From NCBI GenBank assembly GCA_965112155.1, contig OZ218098.1: a stretch of DNA of 64,000 bases. The stretch is one strand, 5' to 3'. Below the pieces are notes generated by a model. That model did no database searches. It was not told the origin of the DNA and was given only the letters and a program-made list of their open reading frames with translations. Both the position numbers and the translations under genes were made by a program. This document shows positions 25,301 to 39,804 of this stretch, piece after piece (the stretch's first letter is position 1; the number at the start of each line of letters is the position of its first letter). The DNA comes from Podarcis liolepis (lineage: Eukaryota).

Positions 25301-28300
25301 CAAACTGGTAGTGTTTGACACAACCTTGCAGGTAAGGGGGGAAGTGGGAGCTGTTGTGGGTCAAGGAAGGGGATAGAAAACTGGTCATTTTAATAATGGG
25401 ATAATGGAAGCTCACTTCTTTACTAATTGGGGTGGGGAACCTGTGGCAATCCAGATACTGTTGGGACTGAATTGAGTTGGAGTCCGGATCCCTGTTACAA
25501 ATCCTGAAAAGTTCAGCAAAGACAGGACAGTAGTCCAATAGGCTCAAGTCAACAGCTCTGCTCCCTCTCAATGTTCCTAGTAAAATTGTTATCAGCACTC
25601 AAGAAAAGCTAGTTCTCAAAATAGAATACAGGGTGGAATGGTGCAGATGGGAGTGTGCAAAAGGCTTGAATGTGAGTGGCTCAGATAACTGAGGGTTGGG
25701 AATAATTGGAAGCAGCATAGTTCCAACCTGATGGTATCCCTTTCCTTTCCTTATGTAAGTGAATGCTTGCTTTTCACTTCTATGGGAAAAGTAAACAATT
25801 ATACTTGAGGAAGGCTTCTGGTTTTTTCAAATTTACAATGTTTCTGAACTGTTAATCATACGATTCCAGATTGGTATACAGAAGGATGAATAACGCTGTT
25901 CACACAAGAAAAAACATAAAGGGGCAGAATTTATTTAACTAGTCCTGTTAGTGGAAGCCAACATGAGGACTTATACTAGTGCAACATGTCCTCCCACATG
26001 TTATCTGAAATTGGCTCAGGGGAAGCTGAAAAGCTGATGGACCAGTTGCCATAGAGTCACATTGAATTCCTCCCAAGGAGTAGGGAAGGCAGAATAAAAT
26101 ATCTTGCATGCCAGCGCAGACAGGAGTAACTTCAGACAGCACTTGCACCCCTGACATTGTGACCCCCTGACAGGGATTCTACACTGAAGGTTGTGGGGGG
26201 TTTCCCTACCCTTTTAGTACATGTCTGCTCTCCCCCCCCCCATATAACTACACTACACTCAGCAGTTTTAAACTTCCTAATCTGTCAGGTACTTGACTTT
26301 CTGCTATGGCAGGCAGTTTGTGTGTGGTGGGGAGCTGTGGAAATTAATAGAGCCCAAAGCTATCAATGGTTACTAGCTGCAATGACTGTGTTCTCCCTCC
26401 ATTTTAGGAGGCAGTAGGCCTCTGAATACTAGCTATTTTGGAATACAAGTGGAGAGAGTGCTGTTGGTCTTGAATATGCATCTGAATGGCTACTGTGAGA
26501 ACAGGATTCTGGACTAGGGGGGCCTTTGGACTCTTCTTACGACACTGGCAGAGCTGGATATAGGAACTCAAATCTGCCTGCAAGGATTATTTAAACAAAT
26601 AGATGCTCACTTTCAGGATGAAGCAATTCTACCTGTTTCATCAGGTTATTCCTGCTGCTGCAAGTTTACCTTCCCTCATATTTGTTGTAGTTCATCACAT
26701 TCCTAGAGCTGTGATTTAGGAGGAGGTAGAATCGTGGGAAGAGAGCAAACTAGGAAGAAAGTCCAAGCCGCATCATTTGGTAAAAAATAGGCCTAAGGTT
26801 GTTGCCCCCTAAAATTGAACCACAATGTTTAATAATATCTAGTCTAGCAGAAGAATATAAATGCTACATAGATTGGAGTCCAAGGGGGTGCAGTGTGGGC
26901 GATTACTTCTGGATTTTTCCCAGCCCAGCCTTCTTGGCTGGATGCAGCTGTTTCCTCACCCTGTAGATCTGGCCTGACCAATGTGGTGCCTTCCAGATGT
27001 TGTACTACAATTCCCATCAGCCTCAGACCAATGGTAAGGATGATGGGGGCTGAAGCCCAGCAAGACCTGAAGGGCACCACACTGACTACTCACTGCAGAT
27101 AGACAGGAATATTGAACAGCAACTGCCAGTCTGGCCCACCTATTCTTTTTTCCTCCTGTCCCCAGATAAAGAAAGCCTTCTTAGCCATGGTGGCCAATGG
27201 GGTGCGAGCAGCCCCTCTCTGGGACAACAAGCAGCAGTGTTTTGTGGGTAAGTGATGCTGCGTTCAGGAGGGCAACACAGGACAGCAGGTTTTGGGCAAA
27301 AGGAAGTGTGAACTGGGATTTCATAGGACTACTGCTGGCCATTCAACTGTACTAGGGATGGTCAAGAAGGCAAGGTTGGGTGTGTGCAGGAATTCTGCAG
27401 GTGCCTCTTATTAAGGAAAGGCTCAACCACCTGCTGTCCTGAGAACTGGGGCCTGCACAAGGTAGCCCTTCATGCCTGTTGCTTCAGCTCCTCCAGACCT
27501 ACACCTGTGTGTATCCACTCTCTTCCTTTTCCTCTTTCCCCCTCTCTCTCTTACTGCAGGTATGTTGACTATCACTGACTTCATTAACATCCTACATCGC
27601 TACTACCGATCACCTCTGGTGAGTTTTCCAGGACTGCTCAATTGCCTTTGCAAGATCGGGAGCAAACCAGCTTCCAGCATTTCCCTCCCAATATGTACAA
27701 GGATGGAGGGGGGTGGACAGGGGCAGAAGGGTGACAGCAAAGCAAGAGGACCTGTGACTTCAAAGTACAAGTGTGGGCTGCTTGGAACTCTCACTATCTT
27801 ATCCTTTTGTGGGTGACACCACCCTGCTCACGAGTATCATTTTGTGCTGTTTTTAGGTTCAGATATATGAGATCGAGGAACACAAAATTGAAACGTGGAG
27901 AGGTGAGGAGCTCACCACTAGGGGGAGTAGTGTATGCATGGATGCTATTGAACATCTTTAAAATTGATTGTCAGTAGTGGAAGGTGAATTGCACTCTGCG
28001 TGTGTTCACGTGTTTATGTCTGTCTCCCTGCTTCTGGCCTTGATTTAAACAGTTCCTCTCTTAACTTGGTATCCCTTCCTACTTGATAGTCTTGCCTCTA
28101 GACAACGCACGGCCAGCATTTAGTCCAACAACATCTAAAGGACAACAGCTCCCATAATTCCCTCCCATTGGCCATGCTGGCTAGGGCTGATGGGTGTTGG
28201 GGTCCATTGGCCACCCCAGCCCCTAGGCAAAGGGTTTAGGTTACAGTACTCTAGGGATCAGAAACCAGTGACTTCTGGTTTTGATGGACTCCATCAGTCC

Positions 28301-31300
28301 TTGCCAGGATGACCAATAACAATCTGGAGGGTCACAGGTTCACCCTCCTTGCACTACAGGCTATTTTGCTGCATTCTGATGAAATTCCATGTACTGTAGC
28401 CCATTGCTGTGAGCTCATTGGATCCTGTCCCATTTCTGTCCCTGATGTTTCTACTTACTCTCTCCCTTTGAGCTTGATGCACACAACCACCCAGAAGAGG
28501 GATAGCTAATGTGGTACCTTCCAGATGTTGATCCAACTCTTTTCATCCTTAGCCAGCATGGCCCAATGGTCAAGGATGATGGCAAGTGAAATCCAACATG
28601 TGGAGGGCACCATGTGGGCTGCCCCTGACTCACAGGGAAGGTGCAAGGCTTAGGGAGGATCCTCCATCTACTCACTGCTTGCATGTTCAGTGGTGGAGCA
28701 CATGCTCTGCTTGCAAATGATCTGAGATTCAATCCCTGGCATCTCCTGTTTGGGTAGGGAAATGTCCCCTAGCTAAAACCCTGGAGGGTGGCTGCCAATC
28801 AAGACGCAGGCAGTGCTAGGCTAAATGGACCATTGGTCTGATTCAGTACAACAGCTATAGTACCCTTTCTCTCTTCATAGTGGGGAAACCCATCCAGATG
28901 GGCAGGGTATAAATAATAAAAAGTATTATACATTGAATCACTGTCCCAATTTCTTAGATGCTTTCAATGCACATAACATGGGAAGAAAGTTGATGTTATG
29001 GTAAATCATCTTCAACTTGGCAGCAATTAACCATATGGTATAGTGACCTCAAGCTGTTATATGCCAAAATCTAAGAAACTCATCATTCTTCTAAATAGAT
29101 TGGAAACCCAACTGACTTCTTTTGCCAGATCCCCCCCCCCCCGAAGTAGCTTCATCCTTAACCTGTAGTAGTTCTCCCATCTTACCTAGGGCAACGGTTC
29201 CATATACTATTCAGGTGCTTTCCTTTCTCCCCAGAGGTGTATTTGCAAGGTTTCTTCAAACCCTTGGTGTGCATCTCCCCAAATGATAGGTAAGTCATTT
29301 CTGATGCTTGCTTACTCCTCCCACAGATCCCTCCTCTTTGGCAGGAAAGGTGGGAAAGAATTTTAATGAATACATAATGATAGTGTGGCTAGCTTTGATG
29401 GAAAGAGTCTTGTACTTTTAACAACTGCATGGCAGTTGGTATAAAAGAGTGAAGTTTTACTCATCAGTTCCTTGCCAGAAAACATTTCACTTGTTGATTT
29501 CTGCCTGTCGAACAGCTGAATGCACCGAGCCTTTGACCATAATAAGGGTGGGGGAACCCTCACTGTCTCACAACGCCTACTCCATTTAGAGCAGCTGTGC
29601 TGCGTGATGCCCAGAGTGGAAGTGGTAAATGGGTACAGTCCCTGGGTACAGGGAGCCAATCTCCAGGCATGTCATATTGCCCTTTTGTTTCTCCCTTTCC
29701 TAGCCTATTTGATGCTGTTTATTCCTTGATTAAGCACAAGATCCATCGGCTGCCTGTTATCGAGCCCATCTCAGGGAACGTCCTACACATTCTGACCCAC
29801 AAACGTATCCTCAAGTTCCTGCATATCTTCGTGAGTGTCTGGTGGTCCCAAATTCCTCTTGGCATAGATGATGGCAAGGCAGATTATTTTTGGTCTCAGT
29901 GGGGCCTATGTTGGCCCAGTCCCCGATGCTCTCTTTTATCATTTATTTATTGGTACAGAGCCAACAGGGTACGTGGTGCCTTGCAGAGCTGCATAGGGAA
30001 AAACAGACTGGCCATTTTCCTCAAGATGCTCACGATCTAAAATAGACAATTGGGAAAACAGTAGAAGTTGGGAGAGAAGGGCGGAAGATGAACATGAGCT
30101 AATGCAGCTAGGTGTATTTGCAGCTTGATTACAGCTGGAATGGAGGAGTAAGAGGTTAGGCTCCACTAGGGATGTAAAAAGGTATCATTTTCTTTTTTTG
30201 TCCCATATTCATTGTCTGCAGCTCTATTTCTATTCTGCTGCAGTTCAGCTTCTGCAAAAAAATGTTATCCAGTTCACTGTTCACTGTGGCCAAATTTAAT
30301 AATGCAATTAATTACATTATTGTGTGAATGCACATCATTCATTTCCATTGTGGGGCAGGGGGAGCATCACCAATAATGCACTGAAAAAAATAACCTCCTC
30401 TTCTCTCACTACAGGGAGCCATGCTTCCAAAGCCACGATTCCTGCAGAAAACCATCCTGGAACTGGGCATCGGCACTTTCCGTGACGTTGCCATGGTCCT
30501 GGAGTCAGCCCCTGTCTACACAGCCTTGGAGATTTTTGTGGACCGCAGGGTCTCAGCATTGCCTGTTGTTAATGAAAAAGGTACTTGCTGCTGGGAGCTC
30601 CTCTGCTCTGCTCACCGCTATGTTTGCCGTTTCAGCTGAGCTTTACCTCTCTCTCATATGTTATCAGCTTTCTAATTCAACCTCTACTTTTTTCTTGGGC
30701 CCTGAAATTCCACAAACCCTATGTGACATTTATCAAACAATCCGAGCCATCGCGTGATGTAGCTTTTGCCAAGCTGCACCATTTTGGGGTTCCATATTTG
30801 AATCCCACCCACCCTGCTTGAGCCAATGAACCATAGTGCTATATGTAACATCTCAGAGTAGTGTTAAATCACCATCACCCAGATTTTGTCACTTTTGTAA
30901 ATTCCACCCACTGTCATAAAATCAGGAACCCTCTTTTTATGTATTAACTCATAAACTTCAAGATGTGATAAAAGCCTGGAAAAGTGCTGTTCACATATAT
31001 GACAATATGAATGAATAATGCTCTGGGTCTAGCTCTATTCAAGACTTTATTGTGAGTGGATTTTTTCTTTTATTGGGTATTTCTTAATTATTTTTCTGAT
31101 TAATATATATGGAATACTTGCTTAGTTGGAACGTATTTAATATAGCAATACTTTTTAAAAATGGATGATAGCTACATTATGAGGTGGGTGAATGGGAAGG
31201 TTTTCTCTACTGAGTCCCTTATAATGCTTCCCTCACTTTCTCTTTACAGGGAGGGTAGTTGGCCTCTACTCTCGCTTTGATGTGATTGTAAGTACAGCAC

Positions 31301-33340
31301 AATCATATTTTTGCAGGTGTGAAGTTGGTTGGCGGGAGAATGGATTTTTTTAATAGCCAAAGCTAAGAAAATGGAATGTTTCCCTGTCTTGCCTCTAGGG
31401 GATGCAGTATCTGTTTAAAATTTTAAGATGGGAAGATCACCTGGTAGTTTGTGCGTGTGTATGTGTGTGTGTGGTTTGGTATCCCTCACAAATGTTTCCT
31501 GAACTCCATCTATCTAAAGGGATTGAGGTGGTGATACAAATTTTCACTACTATTTTTCAGCTCTAGACAGAGAAGTCAGCAGCAGTTTCCCTCTTAAACA
31601 TAGGGTGAAAAGCAAAGGAGAACATTGTCTCCAGTGCTGTGATTCTAAATTGATGGCGGATTAGGGTCCATTTATCAAAGGGGCTGTCACAATGTGCATT
31701 AAGCCAGTGTGTAGCAACTGAGCCTTGTTTCAGCAAGAGTTATCTGGATATTAAAGCCAGAGTTCTCCCACCTTTGCAAAGTGGGATTGGGGTGGCTTTA
31801 ATCTCTGCTAATGCCAAGCCCCTGCCTGGATGATCTGTCATGGTGGCTTCAAACCATTTCCTTGTCTCTGCTTAGCACTTGGCTGCCCAGAAGTCCTACA
31901 ACAACCTGGATATTACTGTGGGGGAAGCACTGAAGCAGCGTTCAGTCTGCCTGGAAGGGGTGCTCACCTGCCATCCTTACGAAACGATGGAAGACATTAT
32001 TGATCGCATCGCCAAGGAGCAGGTATGCCAGAGTGGAGCAGGAAGAATGTGCAGCTTTAGGTAACAGTTACTCTGTGGCAAGACCTTGACCTCTCCAGGT
32101 CCATAAAATCTGACTTCAGGAGTTAAATGCTCAGCCTAAACCTCTTCTTTCTCTACTTTCTGCCTACTCAAGTCATGCCCAGTGACACTTTCTAATCCAG
32201 TCAGCCTCTAATCCTGTCGCCTGATTGACTTTGATCTATTGACATAGGTGTTCCAGCAGTAACCATCTCTGGCTTGTTCTTCCCCATGACACTCATGGAA
32301 GAGACAAGTCCACACTAGTGGCTTACAGGCCCTAGGAAAAGGATGGGAAATATTGTGGAATACTGTATTCCAACCGTTTAAGCAAAAAACAAAAACACCC
32401 AAAATAATTCTCATGAGACATCTCCCGGGGAGAAGCTATTCCCAATGAATCACTTAAAAAGGGGGTCCACCGGGAAAGCAGAGAGCCCGCATAGAAGAGG
32501 TAGATTGCTCAGGTTGGTGGTCCCCAAGGTAAGTGAAACCATCTTCAGATGCTGATGAGAACTGGACACCTAAAGGCTGCTTCACATGTTTGCTGCCATA
32601 CAGCAGGAAGCCATGGCAAGTCCCGGCTCCCTGCTGCACATACAGGTCTCATGCATATGGCAGGAAACATCTATCTGTTGTGTGTAATGATTTACTGAAC
32701 CAATGGGGAACCTGTGGCCCTTCACAAAGCGTTGGGACCCCTATTCCCATCAGCCCCAGCCAGCATGGTCAATGGCCAGGGATGAAGGGAAATGTAGTTC
32801 AGCAAAAACACCTAGAGAGTCACAGATTCCCCATTCTAGAAGCAAACAGGTGTTTTCATATGCAAACACACATACCTTAAAAAATTATAATGTGGGAAGC
32901 AGACCTAGACTTATTTTCTGTACAGCACAGTTGCTCCTCTGCAACTAAAGACTAATAGGTGGCGCAACAGCACTCAGCTTTAACTTTCCTGCCTGCCACT
33001 CTTAATTGTAACTTTTCCCAGAATGCCCTGTCCCTCGGCTATCGTGCTGTACTAGGATGGTGATGATGTTAATAATAATAGCATTATGCCACCAAAGGGA
33101 AACGTTTCTGAGGTTTGCCTCAGGTGGGAGGGCTAACTCTTGCCCTGTGGGTGTCAAGCACTCATCTCGGCTCATCCCGGTACTCTTCTTTTCATGATGG
33201 TGTGTGGCTCACTCATCTGGCAGGTCCATCGTCTGGTTCTGGTGGATGAGAAGAAAACCCCGCGGGGGATCGTGTCCCTCTCTGACATTCTCCAAGCCCT
33301 GGTTCTCACGCCTGCAGGTATCGATGCCCTAAACTCTTAA
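21837..33340 (+). CDS. PRKAG3: 5'-AMP-activated protein kinase subunit gamma-3 (4 CBS domains), about 521 aa
   Basis: 12 coding exons: 21837-21872, 23636-23675, 24679-25331, 27166-27247, 27560-27618, 27857-27902, 29235-29289, 29704-29830, 30415-30580, 31250-31287, 31876-32022, 33224-33340 (TAA); total 1566 nt, in frame. Motifs [51 protein letters not shown]; the C-terminus AGIDALNS and linkage to TTLL4/CYP27A1 indicate gamma-3. The first two exons are less certain than the CBS exons. Confidence 0.94.
24095..24195 (+). mobile_element. MIR/CORE-SINE-like remnant
   Basis: atctgtcagatgggaataatggtgacctacctcacagggttgttgtgagg matches the CORE-SINE motif. Confidence 0.55.
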
Positions 33341-33574
33341 GCCGCCTGACGCTCCATCCTTCCTCCATTTGTACCCTCCATTTCCTCCGCTTCTCTCCAG
33401 CTCAGGTAGGCCCCATGCCTTGGCCTCTCTAGCCTCTGCCCTGCTGCTCGTTTTTGCCTTGCTGCTGGGTCTCTCTTGTCCGTCCGGCCAAGCCAGGTCT
33501 GTATTTCTGTCTGTCTAGAACCAAACACCCAGCCTGGATGGGAGGCCAATGCTATGGATCGTAAACACAGCATA

Positions 33575-33875
33575 GCTTTGTAGGAGGAACCTCTTCATGA
33601 GAGGTCCGCAGGGTGGCAATACAAGAATGGGCCTTTTCTGCAGTGACTCCCTGAGAAGGCTCACCTGGCACCTTCATTGCATATATCTAGGCACCAGGTG
33701 AAAATGTTTCTGTTTAACCAGGCCTTTTGCTGATTAACATTCTGTCCTTTTTAATGTGTTTGTGGGAGCGGGGTTATGGGTTTGTTTTTATTATGTATTT
33801 TCCATTTGTTTTTATGTTGTGAACTGCCCTGTGATCTTCAAATGAAGGGTGGTATACAAATTTAATACATTATTA

Positions 33876-33915
<40 letters not shown>
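33575..33915 (+). mobile_element. Degenerate L2-type LINE 3' end with (TTA)n tail just downstream of the PRKAG3 stop
   Basis: gggccttttctgcagtg...caggtgaaaatgtttctgtttaaccaggcctttt matches the AFS...KTxLFxxAF-coding tail of L2-type elements; followed by gtgaactgccctgtgatc...gggtggtatacaaat and (TTA)n. Confidence 0.6.
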
Positions 33916-36900
33916 GGGGGGCTGCTCAGACACACACAGGCAGGGTTCCAGCGTCTGGCAAGAGAGAGGCCTCCTGATACATAAAAGCTGCGCTTAAACC
34001 TTTAAAATCAGCAGTTTCTCATTCCACCTCTAATCCATTCGGATTTTCTCCTTACTCTTTTTCACATCCCTTGGTGCTGGCACGGCACACCAATTGTTGG
34101 AAGTATTTTGTTGCATGGGAAGAGCTGGTTAAAGAACTGGGCGGCATCAGAGGAATCCTCTGCATCCAGAAAACTAAGCAGCTGTGTAGTGGGAAAGCTG
34201 GTGTATGTCTCACATATATATAAATTTCTTTTGGCAAGAGTGTTAGTAGATGTGCTGCATGTTAGATTCATTTCCAATTGCAATGATAAAACCCTGCTTT
34301 TCCACAGCATTTCCCCTAGCACAGATTTTATCACAGGGAAATGGTGTTTTTTCAGTAACAACCAGTTCACTGGGTAACATGAGCTGGGGGTTATGTTACT
34401 TCCCATGCCCTATAGTCACCCCAGCTGATTTCTTTACCTGTTGTGGTTGCTAAAGGCACAGAGGCAGTTACAGCTTGGGGGCAGGTAGAGTGTCAGGTCA
34501 GCTGGCAAGCCTAGCCTTTAAAGGTTGAAGTGGAAAAAGATGATGTTCAGTAGATAAAGCACACACAACCAGAGTTCCCCACCCCCAAATTCCCCCCTTT
34601 ATCTGAAAGCTCACCTGTATTTTTCATAATCTCTCATTTCTTCTCCCCATCTCCCTTCACATTGAACTTGTATCCTGCTTTCCCCTGCCAGAAACAGCCT
34701 GCTTCTTTAATCCCTTCTCTTTGTTCTCTTTATGTTCACTTCTTCTCTTACTTCCATTCTTTTTATTCCCAGTTAATTTTATTTAAATTAATATTTAATC
34801 TCTCCAATTTAAAGGGCTCAGCAATCTCCCTTGCAACAAGGCTACCCTTACCATTGTGGGGAGTGGGGACAGTATAGTAGTTTACTATTGCTGGGTCCAG
34901 CTTCTGCTACTTTTATTACATTATCTACAAGTTTTTGGGGGTGTCGTCAGCTTTCTCTCACTCATCCACCTGCATAGGAGCATCTCAGTGATGGATGAGC
35001 ACAGCAGCTAGAAAAAGGAGCTAAGGAACTTTCTCCTCCCATCTTGACCTAAGCTATAAAGGGTGGGTGGGTGGGGTAGATCAGCCTCTTACCTTCCCTC
35101 GCTGGTGCACAACCTAGACTACCCATTAGTTGTTATAGCAACCACATTATTATTTCCTCTTGCGTTTACCACTCAATTCCCCCAAAAAGCACACAATTCT
35201 GGCTGATGTGGCTCCCAGGAGAGGCTCTGGCCACAGGTACACAGGCTGCCACCACCTATGGCTTTTTGTTGCCTTGTTCCACTGGGCTTGAGTCTGATTG
35301 ATCTCCCTTGTTCTTGTCTGATGCCATGGGCTCCCTGGTTCACTGTGCTGCCACCTTCCCGCAACTAGCTGTGTGTACTGCTGCATCTGTGCTCCTACAT
35401 GTTTGTACGCAAGCTGGGGTGGATCTGTCCGTGGTCTGTGTAGGGTAGCATCTCTTTGGTCAGCGCCTGGAGCCACCATGCCACAGAGCGGGTGGCTTAC
35501 CTGTGCAGTCCTCATGATGTTGTTGGACTCCCCAAGTCAGATCAGCCCTCAGCCAGCATGGGGAACAGTATGGGATGATGGGAGGTGTAGTAGGACATCT
35601 AGGAGGGCCACACATTTCCTGGGCCTGATATAAGGAAATGCAAGTTGCCTCAAGTATAATTCACTGCAGAATAAATCAGAGCTGCTTAGCCAAAATCCTA
35701 AGCCATTTTTTTGCTTGAAAGGCAGCTAAGAAACTGCAAATAAGTTCGATCTGCACCTAACCTCTGGCTGAGTTACTTTTAGGATTGCCACTCAACCAAC
35801 TGGTTTTGAGTCCTGATTATCTAGTTTATGATAGAGCACAAGAAATTTAATAAGCTTGGGCATGTAACACCAGTGGCTAAAACACTAAAGCTCAGAGCAG
35901 CTTCCCTCGGGTTCTCAGGCAGTCTTCCCCTGTATATGGCTTTCAGGCCCAAACTTGCTCAGCTTGAGCAATGCAACTGCTTTTAAGCAGAACACCCCTC
36001 TCTGATAATTGCAACCATAAGGGCTGGGCTGGAGAAGAGAGACCACCAGCTAACCTGATAAAAAGCAGCATGAAAAGAGGAGGTGCATTTCAGGCACCAA
36101 CTAGCCTCTGATCATCAAAAGCCTCTAACTGTAAGCAAGAGGTTTTGAACTTTTAGAAACTTTACTGATCACCCCATTTGGGAAGATTTCTTTTTAGTGA
36201 GGAGGCCTCTGCATCCAATGAGGCTTCTGCACGTTCTCTAGGCCAGGAGTTTGTTATAGGAGGCACAGCCTGGCCTGTGTCTATGACTGCAGTGATGCTT
36301 CCCAGCAGGCCAGCTTGGGGGACAGGACTTATCCTCTGGGATATGTAGTTCATGGAAGGAAACAGCTGCTTCCCAACCGAATCACGCCCATCAGACAACA
36401 AAGAGGGAGAAGCATAGGGCAGGATCCTTCTCCCACTATGGTATTAACTTTCTTCATTCCTTTCTACAGGCATCGACCGGTATTCAATCTGATGCCATTA
36501 AAGGCCACACTTGCTGCCCAGCACTTTGGGTTACCTCCAGGGCATCTATGACACATGAGGGTAAGGTGGGGCTTTCCAGCCCATGAAAGAGAGAGAGATT
36601 TCTTCCTAACAGGCAACATTGGTGCTTTGGCTGCGCGTTCATCCTCCCTCCTCCCTTCCATGATGCAGAAAGAGGTGAGAGAAGCGATAAGAAAGGAGGA
36701 TCTGAACTGCAGAACTGTAAATAGATTTTTCAACCGCTGAAATCTGCTAGAGTGTTATAGAAGCAGCCATGCTACAGATGGAGAGACAGCTGGCCCTGGT
36801 TGAACACTTGCACCTGTTGCTTGTCTCCTTTTTCTATCCCCTGCTGACTGTAGGACATGTTATCATGCACAAAAAGCCATCCTGTTTCAAGGCCTCTAGC

Positions 36901-37398
36901 AGATGCTTTTGACTGAACTGAGGTGACTGCTACTGCTCCAGACATACGGACACTCAAGAAGGCCCATGACACTCACAAGAGGAAGGTAGACTACGATCGC
37001 AGTGGTTTGGCTCCATGACTTCAACAGGGATTAAGGATTTCCGCATTATACCCTGCTGCTTTGGAGAAAAGGCAGCTTGTTTCCAACACAGGACTAAACA
37101 CTTAGCAGGCTATTGCATTATTTTTATTGTTGTGATTTTTCATTGTACCTGAACCAGCAACAAGGTGTGAGGCTGACGTGACCTAAGCTGAGGAAAAATA
37201 ATTTAAGAGGGAATGGGGAGTTCTGAAATTCATGGAAATGCTTTCAAATGTATTTTATACTATTACAGAACACTATGGGGTCACTTTCTGTCAACTTTAG
37301 AAAAAACCTAGCTCAGTCCACCATTTTCCTATAGCTGACAACAAGCAACTTCCAATCTTTCCTCTTCAGCCTACAGTAAAAACCAAGGCTTTTGACTA

Positions 37399-37624
37399 CA
37401 GTGGTACCTCTGGTTACGTACTTAATTCGTTCCAAAGGTCCATTCTTAACCTGAAACTGTTCTTAACCTGAAGCACCACTTTAGCTAATGGGGGCTCCTG
37501 CTGCTGCCATGCCACCGGAGCCCGATTTCTGTTCTCATCCTGAAGCAAAGTTCTTAACCCGAGGTACTATTTCTGGGTTAGTGGAGTCTATAACCTGAAG
37601 CGTCTGTAACCCGAGGTACCACTG
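37399..37624. mobile_element. Tc1/mariner (pogo/Tigger-like) MITE
   Basis: TA-flanked; TIRs cagtggtacctc...gaggtaccactg; 226 bp; non-coding. Confidence 0.9.
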
Positions 37625-39804
37625 TATTGAGTTCCCCTAACAGCAACAGAAGGATTTGCTAGGAGGTAGGTAGCATTTTCCCAGCAGACTTAGTGGGGAG
37701 GGTCTCACTACAGGAAAGCATGCAGTTTCTCTTCTTGTTGTTGTGTTCATCTTCTTTGAAATAAACTTTCATATCAAGACACAGACTATATGCAAACAAG
37801 CATGACTACCTTTGTTTGTATGTATGCATAAGGTACTTGGATATTCCAGGGAAGTGTAAAGTTCCTGGGGATAGTTACACCTTTTCTTTCAACACCCATC
37901 TCGTATCCCACTCTGAGACAGGTAAAGCTATTTTATCCACTGGAGGCCACATGTTCAGTGGCCACTTGGTGATGCTATTACGTTTCACAGGAGGAGCAAT
38001 GCATCTCCAGGATAGTGGGCAGCCAATAGGGGGCTCTGCAGATGTTTTGGATTAAAACTGTCATCAGCTCCACCCAGCATGGCCGGTGATTGTAATTGTG
38101 GTCCAAAACATCTGAAGGGCACCAGATTTGCTGCTTGCTGCTCCAGGAAGAAAAAAAGAAACTAGCAAGGACACATTTAAAGGTAGGAGAAAGGAAGAGG
38201 GTGGACTTCTTTGAATGATAAATAGCAAGACTGTCACATGCTGATATTATAGTTTTTATTATGATAGATTGATAACAGAGTGTCTTTATTATTAGGCTAT
38301 TAGGATCTTCTTGTTCAAGTCTTTTCAAATATATTTATGAAAGAAAAATCAACAATGGAATTTTAATGGGGACCCGGAAATTCAAAACACCCTTTGAGAA
38401 CATCCTCATCCACACCAAATTCCCTGCTGTTGGCCATGCCTTTAAGGCACTCAGCACTGGAGGGACCTCACTGAGCATTTAGAACCACAGTTCCCAGCCA
38501 TTGAAGGTTGACTCACACATTGGAAAAGAAGTTCATGCTACAGCTCCTTCCACTCAGCATACTGGGATTCAGTTAGGAGTTCACAAAGGGGAAATAATTT
38601 GTTAAGAGCCATGGAATCTTTCAGGTGGCAAGAACCCAAAATTCCCTCAGCAAAATACATAAGTTTAGAGCACTGCTGAAACGAGCAGAGAAAGAGAAGG
38701 GATTGGGCAGGAGTGAGTCTCAAGAGAGAGAAGGGAAGCGATAGACTGTGTGAGAGACAAAACTGAAACAAAACCAAGTCATTGCTCTGGACAGTCTTTC
38801 ATCTCCCATCCTTCTTTGATACTATTTACTCCAGAAGGATATGTGGACATTTTAGCATCAGGAGACTCTTACAACGTTTTCATAACTGATTGATACAGGG
38901 TAATGCAAAAGTACAGAGCTAAGAAGTCTTGCTTCCTTAAGTTCAGCATCAAGTAAGTTCCATCGGTGATTAAGGCACACCCGTTAACAGTAAATGGCCT
39001 CACTCAGGGCTGACATGTGGCCAAGCTGGGTCAGAGGTACTACTTCTAGGATGATTCTGGGCAGAAGGGATTGATTGGGTGGTGCGCCAGCACAGCTGAC
39101 ACCCCCACAAACCCCAAATGAAGTAGGCACAGGAGTTGCAGAAACTGTGAAGGGGGGGGGGGAATAGTAATACCAACCTCATGTGCTAGTAAATACCACC
39201 ACTTCCTGTTTAGCCATTCCAGTTTTTGAGGAAGCTGCCCTCTGTAAACATGTAAGTGCTCTAACGAGGACGAGGGACAGCATCAAGAGCAAAAATCAGT
39301 GATTGAGGTGATGAGGATTCTAGTGCTCGAGAAACCTCCCACTGTGCCATGTTTGGTTTTTGATCAGAATGATACCACTAATGAACTGCTCCAGGAAATG
39401 ACTTTCCCCATCCACCACATGACAACAACTCTGCCATTCAAGTATAACCAGTAATGGACATGGGGGGAAAGGCACACAAGGTATGCACACAAGGTAAGCT
39501 GAACCCAGTTTTCACTGCCCCGGAGTCCATCATAACAGAGGAAACAGATGGCTCAAGAACATGCCTGGAGTTTTCAGCAAACCAGAAGTCCACAAAGCAA
39601 GACCCAACAGTATGAAAGGGGAGGGGCAAGATCTCCTCTGTTCCTGATCATGGAGGTTGGAGAAACGATTGTCAGCCACCATTAAGAGATAAGGCACATA
39701 GCATCTCCCTATGAAATGTGAGGACACAGGCCTGGAATCTGGAGGTGGCAAGGAAGAGGGTTGCTGGGAGGAAGCCAACGCAACGCTGGTGCATCAGAGT
39801 TGCT

